This document shows, one piece after another, positions 24,958-37,561 of a stretch of 64,000 bases of DNA. The position numbers were made by a program, and so were the translations under genes. Below the pieces are notes generated by a model that made no database searches, was not told the DNA's origin, and saw only the letters and a list, made by a program, of their open reading frames with translations. How positions within the stretch are numbered: the stretch's first letter is position 1; every line of letters starts with the position of its first letter. This DNA is from Tubulanus polymorphus (taxonomy: Eukaryota; Animalia; Nemertea): assembly GCF_964204645.1 (NCBI RefSeq), contig NC_134030.1:13118857-13182856 (forward strand), in the 5' to 3' direction.

Positions 24958-26418
24958 TTACCTGATATTTTTGGATATCATATTTACTAACCCAAAAATA
25001 ATAGCACTTACAACTGTAATTAAAAATAAAATAATATGTTCAGCAGCAAAGTTAATAATGTTTCCTGCAGATTTCAATATAAAACCAACAATTGATGCAA
25101 TAACTCCGGGCAATGCTGCAGCAGATTTTTTAGATAGTTCCCATAAATATTTTGCTAATTTCTTTAAACCATCTTTAACTTTATCTTGTATAGAATTATT
25201 ATCATTCGGGGGTTTATCTGGTTTATTTGGAGTAGGAGTAGATTTCAGTGAATTTGATATAGCTAAACCTATTGTTGTAAATAACATAGTTACAGCTGTT
25301 AGAATTGAAAGAATTGTTATTCCTTCTAATTTAAATAATAATTTTATTCTATCTTTCAATGATATTTCAGAATTTGGTTTTATCAACAAATCTTTAAAAA
25401 TAACTTTTAATCTATTAATATTATAATCATATGATTTTAATAATGATTTAATTTCTTCTTTTTGTAATTCTATATTATATTCTAAATCATTTTTTTCTTT
25501 TTCTAAATATGCATTTCTTTTTTTAAATTCAATTTCCTCAATAACTTTATAATCTCTATCTAATTTTAATTGTTCTATTTCTTTAATTTTATCAGTTCTG
25601 TCTTTTTCCAAAGTTCTAATTTTAAAATCTCTTATACTTTTATCATGCGCAATTTTATCAGCTTCATTTCTTATACTAATAATTTCTCTTATTGCTTTAT
25701 CAGAAAATATATCGAAATCTTCTAATTCTTGATCTGTTGCATCAAGTAATCCATTTGGTAAAAGTTTTTCAATTGGAACTTTATTTGATTTAAGTTTACT
25801 AGTTTTGGAAGTTATATTCTGTTCAGAAGTTGTTTCTGGTTCTAAATTATTATCGATTGTTTTAAATAATTCATTAATTGTTTGTTTAAATACTCTTTCA
25901 TTTTGATTTATTTCTTCTTGTGTTACATCTTCTATTTTATTACTATTTCTTATTCTTTTAATTCTAGATAGGTCTAACTTAAGCAAAGTTGATTCTGCTA
26001 ATATTTTGTCTTGTTTTTTATAAGAGATATCAATATAATAATCATCTTGCAAATGATAATAATATTCACCATCTAAAAACTTTAATTCTTTTACTAAAAG
26101 TCTGGCGCCTCTATCATTGATATTATCTCCAGATTTTTCAAATACATGTTTGAAATTATAAATATATTCATTATATTCTAAATTTTGCTATAATAAACCT
26201 TGATTTTCATTTTCAGGATTTATTCTCGATCTAGTTCTTCTATCAAATTCATCTGTTGATGGGCCTTTAGAACCACTATCTGCTAAATTAGAATTATATG
26301 CTGATTCATCATCATTATCAATATTAGTACCAGCAGACACATAATCATCATTGTTAGTATTGACATCATTATTATTTCCCATTTCTCCTATTTCATAAGC
26401 TTCTCCACCTTCTTCCAT
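24958..26418 (-). pseudogene. Large coiled-coil protein with several C-terminal hydrophobic/amphipathic helices (one in-frame stop)
   Basis: ORFs 26188-26418 and 24958-26052 are in frame; GITILSILTAVTMLFTTIGLAI, ALPGVIASIVGFIL, IILFLITVVSAIIFGLV. Confidence 0.7.
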
Positions 26419-26434
26419 TTACATAATAAAAAAA

Positions 26435-27749
26435 TTAAAATTTGAAATATAATATTCCTCCGATTACAATTCCTATACAAGTTAAAGCTAATTTAGCATT
26501 TTCATGGGATTTATTATCATTATCAGTTTTAATTATATCATGTTGAATATCATCATTTTTAATATTTTCTGATGTATTGTAATCTTTTATTTTAGAATCA
26601 TTATTTAATTTAATATTATTAGTTTTAGTTTCTGTTGATTGAATATGTTTATTATTTTTTCACCTTCCATTAATTTTGGAGCAGTAATAATCTTTTTATT
26701 TATATCATTTAATCCAAATGAATTTTTTATTGTTGCCGTTTTAATTAGATTATTGTAACCAATTATGTTTCCCATCTTTAGTACTAAATCATTAGAAATA
26801 ATTAATAGATTAGGGCCTCTACAATAATTTAGTCTTACATGAGATTTATCTAAATAATTTTGATATCTTACAATGTTTTCTGGAATTGATCTATTTTTAT
26901 CATTATGAATTGAATCTTCAAATAATACTTTGAATTGTTTCTGCGCATCGAATGAAGTGTTATCATTTCCAACTATTGGGGATCTTGTTTCAACTTGTGC
27001 ACCTAAAATACATATCAAATAAGTTCTAATAGATTGATTTATTCTTTGTATTCAAGCTTTTGTAAAACCTTCACTATTTTCTAAAATGAAATAAACCCAA
27101 CCATTATTATTTTGTTGTTGTATATTATTATAATATTTTGGCAATTTAGTGTTCTTATATCTGAATTTGTCATTATTTTTCCAAATTCTTTAGTATATAA
27201 TATTCCTAATCCACCCATTGTTCCAATTTTTGCTCTTAAATCTTTATTTGAATTAATACTAAATTCATTATATATTTTATAAAACTTAGAAAAATTAATA
27301 TTATTATTCAATTCTTTAAAATATTTTGAACCTGGTAAAGGACATTCTAATTCATCTAATATTAATTTTATTTGAAAATAAGTATGAAATCTAAAAAGTG
27401 ATAACATCAATGGTAAACTTGGTTTGTTTAAATGATCATTCCAACTTATCCCACATCCTGTTGTTGCGCAATAAACAGCAAAATTTAATTGGTTCTGCCA
27501 ATACTTCATATTAGATTTTAATAACCATCGTATTGCCTCATTTAAATTTTTAAAATTAATTGTATACACATGAAATATATTTTCCATCTTTACATGAAAA
27601 TTATTACTTTCAGTAACGTAAATATATAAATCAATTAATGAATTTAAAACTTCATTTCTATATGAAATATCTTTATTAAAATCTATTGCAGGAATATTAT
27701 ATTTAATTGATTTATTATATTGGAAAGCTTTTGGAAAACTATCTACCAT
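26435..27749 (-). pseudogene. Maverick hypothetical protein (WQNQLNFAVYCATTGCG motif), C-terminal hydrophobic helix, frameshifted
   Basis: ORFs 27081-27749 and 26605-27018 plus tail LALTCIGIVIGGILYF. Confidence 0.65.
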
Positions 27750-27765
27750 TTATATAATTAAAAAA

Positions 27766-28191
27766 CTAATAATTTATTAATTCTTTTAATAATTTATCTT
27801 GTTCTTCAACTGTAATATGACCATTTAAACTTATCATATAATCTAGTGTATTCTTTAATTTATTAATTTCTTTTATATTAGTTTTCATTTTTTCTTTATT
27901 ACTTTTTATATTTAATTTTGAACTTATACCGGTTAAAACACTTGATGATAATCCTAATACACCAATTGATATAGCTAAAGGTGTTAATGGTGAAAATATT
28001 GCTAGAAATGTTATTACAGAACTACTTAAAACCGAACCACTTATAATCAAATAATATATAATTTTACTTTTTAAATATTTTTTCTTTTTTATCTTTAAGT
28101 CACTTTCAAATTCTAATATTTGTTTTTCTAAATATATTTTTAATTTAGTTTTATTTATATCATGAGGAATAATATCAATATTATCATCCAT
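27766..28191 (-). CDS. Two-TM small protein, 141 aa
   Basis: Lys-rich stretch followed by two hydrophobic helices and a coiled coil; TAAATG start. Confidence 0.7.
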   Translation of the reverse strand: MDDNIDIIPHDINKTKLKIYLEKQILEFESDLKIKKKKYLKSKIIYYLIISGSVLSSSVITFLAIFSPLTPLAISIGVLGLSSSVLTGISSKLNIKSNKEKMKTNIKEINKLKNTLDYMISLNGHITVEEQDKLLKELINY

Positions 28192-28211
28192 TTATTAAGC
28201 AAAAAAAATTA

Positions 28212-28635
28212 CTAATTAGTAAACTTATAAGCAACAAATATAACAATAACAGTTCCGCCTAAAATCCATATTATTTCATATTTCTGTTGCTCTTTACTTG
28301 GGGTATAATAATCTGATAATTTAGGTTTGTATAGATGTAATTTTTCTTTATTTGTTACCGCGTTATATAAACTCATTGCATCATCAACTGATTGAAAATC
28401 TCTGTGTGAAATCTTCTGATCATATAATTCCTTGTTAATATAATCCATATAGTTTTGTCTTTTTTCTCTATATTCTTCTGCTGCTTTATTGTATTTCTCT
28501 AATGCTAAGTTATGTCTTTTTTGTTCTGTTAATGATCCATTTTTATCAATATGTTTAAATAAATAACCACCACCAGTAAATGCTAAAGCGTCAACAAATT
28601 GCCGATCCTATAATAGTTATAACTGCAGAAGCCAT
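28212..28635 (-). pseudogene. Small protein with hydrophobic N- and C-termini (frameshifted)
   Basis: TAAATG start at 28635 (MASAVITIIGS...); C-terminal IIWILGGTVIVIFVAY. Confidence 0.6.
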
Positions 28636-28659
28636 TTATTTAGTAAAATAATTATGCAT

Positions 28660-28881
28660 TTATATGGGAGGAATATATTTTTGTTTTTCTAAATAATCAA
28701 TAGTTAAATTAAATGAAGTTACTGCTAATGTTAATTTTAAAATATCATTTATATCAAATCTATCAACATTAACACTTCCCATTTTAAATACTTTTTTTAA
28801 TACCATTGAATGACCAACAGTTCCAACTGATAGTAATGCTCCATTATATAATCCAGTTATTATCCACTTATTATCACTCAT
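28660..28881 (-). CDS. 73-aa hydrophobic protein
   Basis: Intact ORF; its start overlaps the upstream stop as TAAATG. Confidence 0.65.
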   Translation of the reverse strand: MSDNKWIITGLYNGALLSVGTVGHSMVLKKVFKMGSVNVDRFDINDILKLTLAVTSFNLTIDYLEKQKYIPPI

Positions 28882-29238
28882 TTATTTATCAAAAAAATTA
28901 CTATCTTCAAAATATTCAGTTATCTTAGTGATGATTAATTCAACATTTATTTCATTACTAGTTTCATTTGTATATATTTCAATTAATATTTTTTTAATAT
29001 CATAGATGATAAGATCTTCATCTAATTCATAAAATCTTAAAGATTCTCTAATTAAATTAGTAATCTTTTCTACATTTAAAGTTTCTTTATCTATTGTTGT
29101 TTCATACTCTAATGTTGTTTCATTAGAAAATGCAATATTTTTGATATGTGTGATTACATCAGTAATGTTAAATTTTATTTCTTTCCCACGTTTAAAATCA
29201 AACCCAAAACATATACTCGGTCCAACAGTTATATTCAT
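28882..29238 (-). CDS. Maverick hypothetical acidic protein, 118 aa
   Basis: Intact ORF with T-run and TAAATG start. Confidence 0.65.
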   Translation of the reverse strand: MNITVGPSICFGFDFKRGKEIKFNITDVITHIKNIAFSNETTLEYETTIDKETLNVEKITNLIRESLRFYELDEDLIIYDIKKILIEIYTNETSNEINVELIITKITEYFEDSNFFDK

Positions 29239-29254
29239 TTATATAATGAAAAAA

Positions 29255-30010
29255 TTACTCTCTACATCTTATAACTAATTCATATATAACAGGAAAGTTA
29301 TTCAAATCAATTAAATATCCATTATGATTTCTTATTTCTAATTCAAAATTATTAAATTTAGGAATGCAAGGTTTAAAATTACATTCTGTTAAATTATAAT
29401 TTATTTGAGTTCCAAATTGTTTAACATTTTTTAGCGGTAAAATATTTAGTATACTAGAACAACAAATTGTTTCTTTAGTTGCTTCGAAAGTTTTTGTAGG
29501 ATCGATTAAATTGCAATAAATATAAAAGTGCGTAAAAGGTATTATATTTGAGATGCCTTCTGCATTTCCAGTAACTGTAAGCGGTTTAATTCCTAACATT
29601 TTAGCCAGTGGTTTGTTTACCATAAATTTATGTTGTTCATTAGAAATCTTTATTCTTATTTTATTAGTACTATCAATTTTATTAAATTTAATTTCAAATA
29701 CAGAAGTACCCCCGATTTTCAACCGAGCTCTTCTATTAATTTCCTGCGCTAATGATTCTAAATTATATAATCCTGGTTTTAAAAATATATGAAACCATTT
29801 ATCTTTATTTCTCATATAAATCATAAACCCTCTATGTTCAAAAGTTTTATCCGATATATTATAAAAAGAATTACATAAACTTATATTTACTAATTTTAAA
29901 TCAACACAATTCTTGAATTCTCTATCTAATTGTACTAGTAAATTATGTGATTTATAATTTGTAAGTTTTCTAGAATCAACAAATATTCTGTATTCTTTTA
30001 ATTCTACCAT
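29255..30010 (-). CDS. Probable minor capsid (penton, single jelly roll) protein
   Basis: Motifs NSFYNIS, LKPGLYN, FYIYCNLID and LEIRNHNGYLIDLNN, typical of Polinton/virophage pentons; 251 aa. Confidence 0.78.
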   Translation of the reverse strand: MVELKEYRIFVDSRKLTNYKSHNLLVQLDREFKNCVDLKLVNISLCNSFYNISDKTFEHRGFMIYMRNKDKWFHIFLKPGLYNLESLAQEINRRARLKIGGTSVFEIKFNKIDSTNKIRIKISNEQHKFMVNKPLAKMLGIKPLTVTGNAEGISNIIPFTHFYIYCNLIDPTKTFEATKETICCSSILNILPLKNVKQFGTQINYNLTECNFKPCIPKFNNFELEIRNHNGYLIDLNNFPVIYELVIRCRE

Positions 30011-30029
30011 TTATTTTACATATTTTCTT

Positions 30030-30364
30030 ATTCGAAATCTATTTCATGATGCCCTTTTTCATTCTTACCTTTGTATACGAAATAGAAATCGCCTGAACAT
30101 AATTCTTCTAGATCTTCACTTGATAATCTATGAAATCTATCTGGTAAATATGTTCTGAATTTATATGTATTTCCTTTTAATCCTTCATATTCTAAGTGTA
30201 TAACTGATTTATCTCCATATTTGTTAGTAAATGTATCAATATTTGTAATTAGATATTTTTATGGATTATTAATTCTTTTAACTTCTTAAATTTATAATCT
30301 ACTGATTTGAAATTTGAAGTATCTTTTATTCTATCTAAATTAAGTGTGTTTGTTTACCCTCCAT
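30030..30364 (-). pseudogene. Small conserved protein downstream of pPolB, possibly OB-fold ssDNA-binding (frameshifted)
   Basis: TNKYGDKSVIHL...FRTYLPDRF...YFVYKGKNEKGHHEIDFE; homologue at 58535-58859. Function is inferred. Confidence 0.55.
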
Positions 30365-30900
30365 TTATAATACATATTTTTATTAAAATTTGATTAACAA
30401 GTTAGAATTCTTTTAGTATTCATCTAAATTGCAACCATATGCAACTGTATGAATTCCATCATCCAGAATATATCTTTTATCATCAAATGGATTCAAACTT
30501 ATCTTCTCTATCTCTTCAATAAACATTTCATGATCTTCAGATCTTAAACATCTCATCTTATGTTTTCTAACTTCTTCATTGAATATACAATTAATGTAAT
30601 CTTTGAAATGAATATTCTTTTCTACTACACTTTTGGTTATTCCTTTCAATTTCTTTGATTCATGAGTTTTAGTTTTATATGAATACATTTTAGATCTAAT
30701 TCCTATGAACTCTTGTCATTTCTTCACCACCTAATTCATCTTTGAATTTACCAGGAACTTTTTTATTATCATTGCTAAACAATTCATGATTTTTAGGATA
30801 ATTACTGAAATCGAAATGATGTTTTAATGTTTTTAAATCATCAGTTATGTTATTAGTTTTTATCTTTAATATGTAAGAATCTGTATCAAAATATAATATT

Positions 30901-33827
30901 TAGGGTTTTCTGTTTCTTCACAGAAAACCCTATTGAAATTCGCGTGATTATTATTAGGGTTTTCTGTTGCTTCACAGAAAACCCTATTGAAATTCGCGTG
31001 ATTATTATTATTTTTTTTTCCCTTTTCCACATAGTTTTTGTTAAAAGTGTAAAGGCTTCCTTACCTTACCGCTGTCGCCGATACAATCCGTATGATGTCC
31101 TTCAGCTCACTTCAATCTCCAGATACTGCATGGGAATTTTGATAAATCCACGTTATAAAGGCACTGTCGAGCCGTAAACATCAGAAATTTGGCTCAATTC
31201 AATTAGTAGCCATGTTGTGTTTTCTTACCGATATTTCTCTCTTCTTTTCGAGGAAGAGCTATCGAATAATTCCCTCTCTTCTCCACAATCAATTTCAAAA
31301 TCAATTTTATGATATCCACAGGTTAACCGTACGTGAGTTCCCTAAAAACGCTGTACGTGAGTTCCTATAATCTGCAAACGCGCATGCGTAAAATAATAGA
31401 GTTTGGGTTAGGTGAGGCTAGGCTATTTGTAAATCAAATTTCATCCACCCACCAGTTACGTTCTGTGGCACCGTGGGTAAATCACTGGACTACTACTGGA
31501 TTTTTTTTTTCGTTTGGTTCCGAATCCCAATATTGCAAGTCTGAGCGTCAACGTACTCACATATGGCTAACCTGTAGAAATCACCGTACAGTCACGTACA
31601 GGTAACAACAGCGTTTTAAGTATTAAGTGAGTACGACAAGCCTACCATGCCTATGTACTACAAACACAACTTTTTCCCTCTCGTCGGCCCTACAGTGATG
31701 TTACTATAAATGGTGCCATTATAATATGGATAGGATTTGGTCAGGACTAGCCTAAAGTCTAATTCAGTCTATGTACTAATTCACTCCATAGGCCTATTTT
31801 TTAAACAATACAGTGAAATATTCACACGCAGAAGGGCTAATTGATTTGAGCCATGTGATTAAGTTTGGCCAGGCCTTCTCTGACCTGCTGACATTAATAG
31901 TCAAACCAAAACGTTCATGTGGTCACGGCTTGTATTACCAGAAATCATTGTAGGCCTGTACATTTTGCTGTTCGTAGGTTTGGTATACCGATTTCTCCAT
32001 TCTTGACTGATAAGTGTACGGTACAGCTGTACGCATTATATAATTGTTCCAATGGGAATAGGGCCTATTGATTGGGCTTATTATTTCCTGCTTTAGAGTA
32101 CTGAAATAAACCTTATGTTCATTCAAATATCCAACATCGGTGAAAGTTTGATTAATACTGTATACATGTACTGTAAGTTTTCATGTTGTATGAATATTTT
32201 GCAGTTCAAATGGGTATGATGCTGATTCCAATGTCAAACGCATGAAGTTAGATGGTCAAGGACAGTCAACACCAAGATATCTCTCTTCGACCGATGTTGT
32301 ACCATAGAAGATCTGATTCTTTCAACTCAAGGAAAGTGATTCAACACAATCGACATAACACTGGAATAGGTTTGCAGTAACTAACCGTTCATTTCATTTA
32401 GTCCTATGTACTTTTTAGCCAATTTGGGTTGATTGTAATTGAAACTCTGGAACTGTTAACAAAAGACAAGTAAGACAAGTTGAAAAAACACAAGTTATGC
32501 TTGATTCTCATGTTCAAATTTAATTCAAATTTATTTTATTACATCATATTTACAAAGCATATCATTGGTTCATACAGTAATAAAAATTAGGGCAGAACAA
32601 ATATTATTACAGAAACTCCAAAAAGGCAATGAATTTCTATGACTAAATGAACATTATTTTTAGCCCACTTGGGACTTTAGTCCCAGCGGGCTATTGCGTT
32701 CACTTTTCGTCCGTCGTCCGTCCGTAGACGGAAATCAGTTATTTTAGGAAGTTTTGAAGACGCTTCAATGTAATGTCTTGATATTTGGGTTTCACATGTA
32801 TCTACCCTAGACACATCTTCAGCTCAAAAACTGGCCCTGTCAGAATCAAGATGGCCGACTGGCAGCCATTGTTGTTCGCCAAAATCAACACTTTTTACAC
32901 ATTTTTGAACTTTTTGAGGGAAATTTTGAAGATGCTTTGATCAATTACCTTGATCTTTCGGATATATGTGAATGCCCCTGGGCCCATCAGCATAACAAAA
33001 ATTGGGATACGGACTCAAGATGGCCGTCCTATGACCTTTTTTAGTGCCCAAAAATGTCAATTTTGGCCCGAATTCTGAGTTTGCCATTTCTCATTGCAAT
33101 TTGTGATGGGTATTCTTTGAAAAGGGATGTTTTATACCTTTGATACCTGAATTGTTAGATTGTTGAGCATTTGGAACCACTTCCCAAGTGGGCATGGTGT
33201 CCCTGGACCCCTAGTTCTAATAACTCAGATCAAGAGTGACTCTCCCGTTTATTAGGAAACACACGCAACTAGTGGAATAGGTTTGATTTACACACATGTT
33301 GCAGGTATCAATTGTTTATCACTGTAGAATTTGTAATCCATAAAAGCCAAAATCAACATCAGCCGGAAACCCAGACCAAATCAATTCATAATTTATTGAT
33401 TGAATCTACACTACGATATATGTATTTATTCAAATATTTCAATAAAAACATTAACTTCTTAAATCTAATCTATTCTAAATCATAATACGTTCTTATCTGT
33501 GAATTCACTCAATCTATCGGCTCAGCAGGTGCTTAAGATGAGTTCTTAATAGGACAGATCCATTTTTAAGGATGGTGATAATACAGTATCATGATGTTTG
33601 AATGCCAAAATAAGTGCCTGGTCAAATATATTAATATTTGTGATTGTACGTCCACGTATGTTCGGTTTCAAAGCTGAATCATATTTGACGTTTACACAGT
33701 GGTTGCATATTAGGTTCGAATCTGTCAATGCATTTTATTCTATGTATCGATATTTCAATTTACTACAATTCCCATCATTCTGAATGGCTTTACAGAAAAC
33801 CCGTCATCGCTGCTTTGCAGCTATATT
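30901..33827 (+). mobile_element. Non-autonomous Helentron/DINE-1-like element inserted in pPolB
   Basis: 5' hairpin AGGGTTTTCTG...CAGAAAACCCT (tandemly duplicated) plus (ATT)n; 3' CAGAAAACCC plus small hairpin GCTGCTTTGCAGC; inserted in a T-rich site. Internal segment 31620-32030 recurs inverted at ~57535-57950. Confidence 0.8.
32660..33216 (+). mobile_element. Second Helentron/DINE-1-like element nested in the first
   Basis: 5' hairpin AGCCCAC...GGGCT, (GTCC)n-like repeat, 3' AAGTGGGC plus hairpin ending CTAGTT; inverted relative at 49786-50860. Confidence 0.75.
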
Positions 33828-36800
33828 TCTATATGTTTTTTCTCCAAAAAGTGGTTGTAATACATTATAATAGAATTCATACATTAGTAATTTTGATAAT
33901 TCTAAAACTGAAGCACCAACATAAATTGGTTTATTAAATTTCATAGAAGTTCTTCTCATTTTAACTGCAGCTAAATTTTCATCAAATATTCTGTTACCAA
34001 TAAATTTAGGGTATGTTTGTATATGCCTTATCCTTTTGCCATTACTTACTAACTCAATATCATTTCTATTTCTAATATTTTCACAAGTCTTACCACAGAA
34101 TGCATTGTTCATTAACTTGAAGAAATCTTTCTCAAAATCAGTTTTAGCTTCAGTTCTCTGTTTGGTGTTAAAATCTATATATTTTTCTAACCATTTAGAT
34201 TGACTAAATGAAATATATCTATGTACTTTTTTTAGGATCATTCCTTGTTTTAGATAAAACTTTAACATTCTATAATGTACAACATAATTATATTTATCTT
34301 CTTAAGTTACCATCAACTTTTTTCTGTATGAATATGATTTTCGGGTTTAATTCTTTTTTGATAATTTGATAGTTCTTCATGAGTTACAGTTTTATGTTCG
34401 GGGCAGTATGCTAGATTTCTAGATTTAAATTTAATATGTTCAGGATATTCTAAGTCTACAACAAAGAAGTAACCAGTCTCTGAATCATCTGCAATATCTA
34501 GAATTCTTTTCTTCCAATCAAATTTATCATTATTTTCATGTTGTAAAACTTCACTTATTTCAAATACTCCATAAGGTTGTGGTTCCATCATTGCCCAACC
34601 ATACAAATTATTTGCATCTATATATAATAACTTATATCCGGGGTTATCATTTACATTGAAATATCTATCGCCTAATACACCTGAAACTCCTCCTCTTATA
34701 GACTTTTCAAATAATGGTAATTGATCTATATTTGTTAACAAATCCATTTTTATATCTGTGAATTTTAATCCACAATCCCATGTTAAACCTGGGCTAGAAT
34801 AACAATGACACGGATCAATGTTAAAATATTTTAAGTTTTTAATCTCTTAACCTTTCAAATATATCAGTTAATAATAATACATCCGATTTTAAATGTAAAT
34901 CTACTAATTGTCCATGATTTTCTATTTTGAAATGATTCCAAATATTCAATGTTCTATTATATACTTCATCTTTAACATATTCATTTTTTAATTCATCATA
35001 GAATTGTTCTTTTAATAATTCAGTTATATTGAAATCATTATGTGATTTATAAAATGAATATGGAATCGCTCCTTTATATCTCATTAATTGGAAATCATCA
35101 TTATTTGGATAATGTTGCTTTAATATTTTTAATTCATCATCAACTAATGATTTTGATAAGTTATCTAATGAACTATTAAAAAATCTATATGAATCTATAA
35201 ATCTTAGGCAACCAAATTGGAATGATATATAATTCTCAGATGTTCTAGCTAACATTTTAAATTTATAAGTTGGTATTTTATCTTTTGATCTATTTGAATT
35301 TAATCTTTCTATTTCATTATTAATTTCTTCTATTTTATGGCATAACTGTTTGATGAATAAATGTGCATCATATCCTGATAGATTATGAAATATTACTGGT
35401 ACAAAGTTAATTTTCTTAGCTTGTAAGTTACAATTCTCATGCGCAGCGCCTCTAAACTTTCCATTCAAATGATCATGGTCTCTTACTTTTTTATCTTTAT
35501 AATTAAATATCTTTTCACAATAATAACATTTATCTGCAAACTCAAATGCTTCTTTATCTTCTTCTGTCATTATAATTTCTATATTTTTATTTAACTTTTC
35601 ATTAAATTTTATTTCATATTCAATTAATAAGTCACAAAAATGATTGATAACATTTTCATTTCTGTAATCATAATATTCACTTTCAATTAGTTCAGGATAA
35701 TCAGATTTAATATATAATCCAAAAGCTGCAGCTGATTGATGAATCTTTTTAATAGTATTTGTTTTTGGTGGTTCATCTGAAAAATCTTTTTTATTTGAAT
35801 TTAATTTCTTTCTTTTATAATATATTTCTTTTCTATCTTGATCAGTTAATTCTTTATTTAATGATTCAAAATCTCGATATATAACAAATGGTACTTTATT
35901 TTTGTAATCATATTTTTTGAATTCTAATATTTTATCCTTTTCATTTGGTAAAACTAATTTACAATAATCATGATTTTCACATAATTGTTTATGATTTAAA
36001 ATAATGCACTTTCAGTTCTGAATTTATGTAAACATTTTCTACATAGATATATTTTATTATCAAAATCAATTTCTGATTTAAAAAATTAATCAATTCTTTT
36101 AATCCACATATAATGATTCTCATAATATAATATATCTATAACATCATTTGAATCATAATCTTTTGATAGGTATAAAGGTTGTAATGTATAATGTTTTATA
36201 TTGTTACCTTTTGTAATTGGAAATTTGATTAAATCAAATACATTTATTCTTAAATTATTATCTCTTTCTATTTTTGGGATATTTTTAATTCTAACAGGAT
36301 AATTATCTATCTTATAATTATTTTCAAATGGTTTCTAATGTGTTAATCTATAAGTATGTTTATTATAATCTTCAACTGATTATTGCCCATAGAAAACATT
36401 TATCATCTTCATTTTGTACATTTATAACAGCATTAGTTTTAAATGGTAATTTGATATAACTCGATGCTTCAATATCTGGTTCTTTATAAAATGATAAATT
36501 ATTTTCATCAATTGGTTTAGATTTAGTTAACTAATTTTATTTTGTGTTATAAACAAGTAAAGTCATAAATATTATTTCATCAAATATTTAACCTGATCCT
36601 TCAAAATATTTCTCTTCTATCTTAGTTTTTACTTCATTATAACATTTATCTAATTTTTCATCTATATGTTGTTTTGAAATAATATGTTGTGAATGAGAAT
36701 TTATATTATATATTGGTTTATCTTCAGATTTTATAAACTTTACTTTAGAAGATATACTAATTTTAGGGTATTCAACATCTGTAATTATTTTTATAATATT

Positions 36801-37322
36801 TTTCATATTTTCTAAATGTTTTTTATTTTCTTCTAATGTTTTTCCTTTATGAAATTTAAACTCAATCGCTGGTGGATGCTTCGGTTATCTCTATATCTTT
36901 TTTATTATCTAATGAATTAATATAATTTCTTACATCTTCCATGTATGGTCTTTGATTGTTTAATTTATTTCTTATTCTTTTAATTGTCTTATGTTTCTTA
37001 TCGTTATCATTATCAAAATAATCCTCACCTAAAATATCATTATTCATATTTCTAATATGACTTTTAGATTTTAAATGTTCTTTATAATATCTTTTATCAC
37101 TGAATGATTGATTACATGTATCACATTTATATGTTTCTTTTTCATTCTTTAATTCATCTAATTTAGTTTCTAATATATCATCTTCATATTCTAATTTCAA
37201 TTTATTCTCTAAATGTGTTTTAGTTTTATTGTGTCTTGCTTTTTGGGATTTATCTATATTGATATTACCTGTTGAACAGTAGTACTTATTTGCTTTCATT
37301 TTAATCCTAAATTTTTTTTTTT

Positions 37323-37445
37323 AATTGATTTTAGAAGTTCAATGATTGAAATATGAATTATTTCAATCACACTTTACTAACACTTTTAATGTTTAAAAAT
37401 CTAACTCATACAAATATAAATATTGAAATATGTTTAAAATATATC
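37323..37445 (-). promoter_or_regulatory. Upstream block of pPolB (putative early promoter), copy 1
   Basis: Direct repeat of 22388-22510; contains AATCATTGAA about 40 bp before the ATG. Confidence 0.75.
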
Positions 37446-37561
37446 TATATATCTATTCTATAAGAGCTCGTACTCTCGTACTCTGGCTTGAAAGCCTACT
37501 TTTCTAATTACTTATATATGTTATTCATTTATATTTTATTCATGTATATGAATATTTTAAG
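37439..37561. repeat. Right inner terminal inverted repeat
   Basis: Reverse complement of 11061-11183. Confidence 0.95.

Larger units (their letters stand above)
30413..37299 (-). pseudogene. Protein-primed family B DNA polymerase with N-terminal zinc fingers and endonuclease VII-like insert; split by a Helentron-type element
   Basis: Exo motifs DFESL and FHNLSGYD; CYYC..RDHDHLNGKFRGAAHENCN; pol motifs YIDANNLYGWAM, KLMNNAFCGK, YFDTDS (right at the insertion); C-terminal DDKRYIL. Confidence 0.95.

Noticed and set aside
24971-25426. Plus-strand ORFs here and at 22970, 29553, 15401, 16142, 46132 and 46371
   Set aside because: Antisense shadows of recognisable minus-strand Maverick or BEL coding sequence.
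23650-30400. Poxvirus early terminator TTTTTNT signals
   Set aside because: Too common by chance in such AT-rich DNA to count as evidence without statistics.
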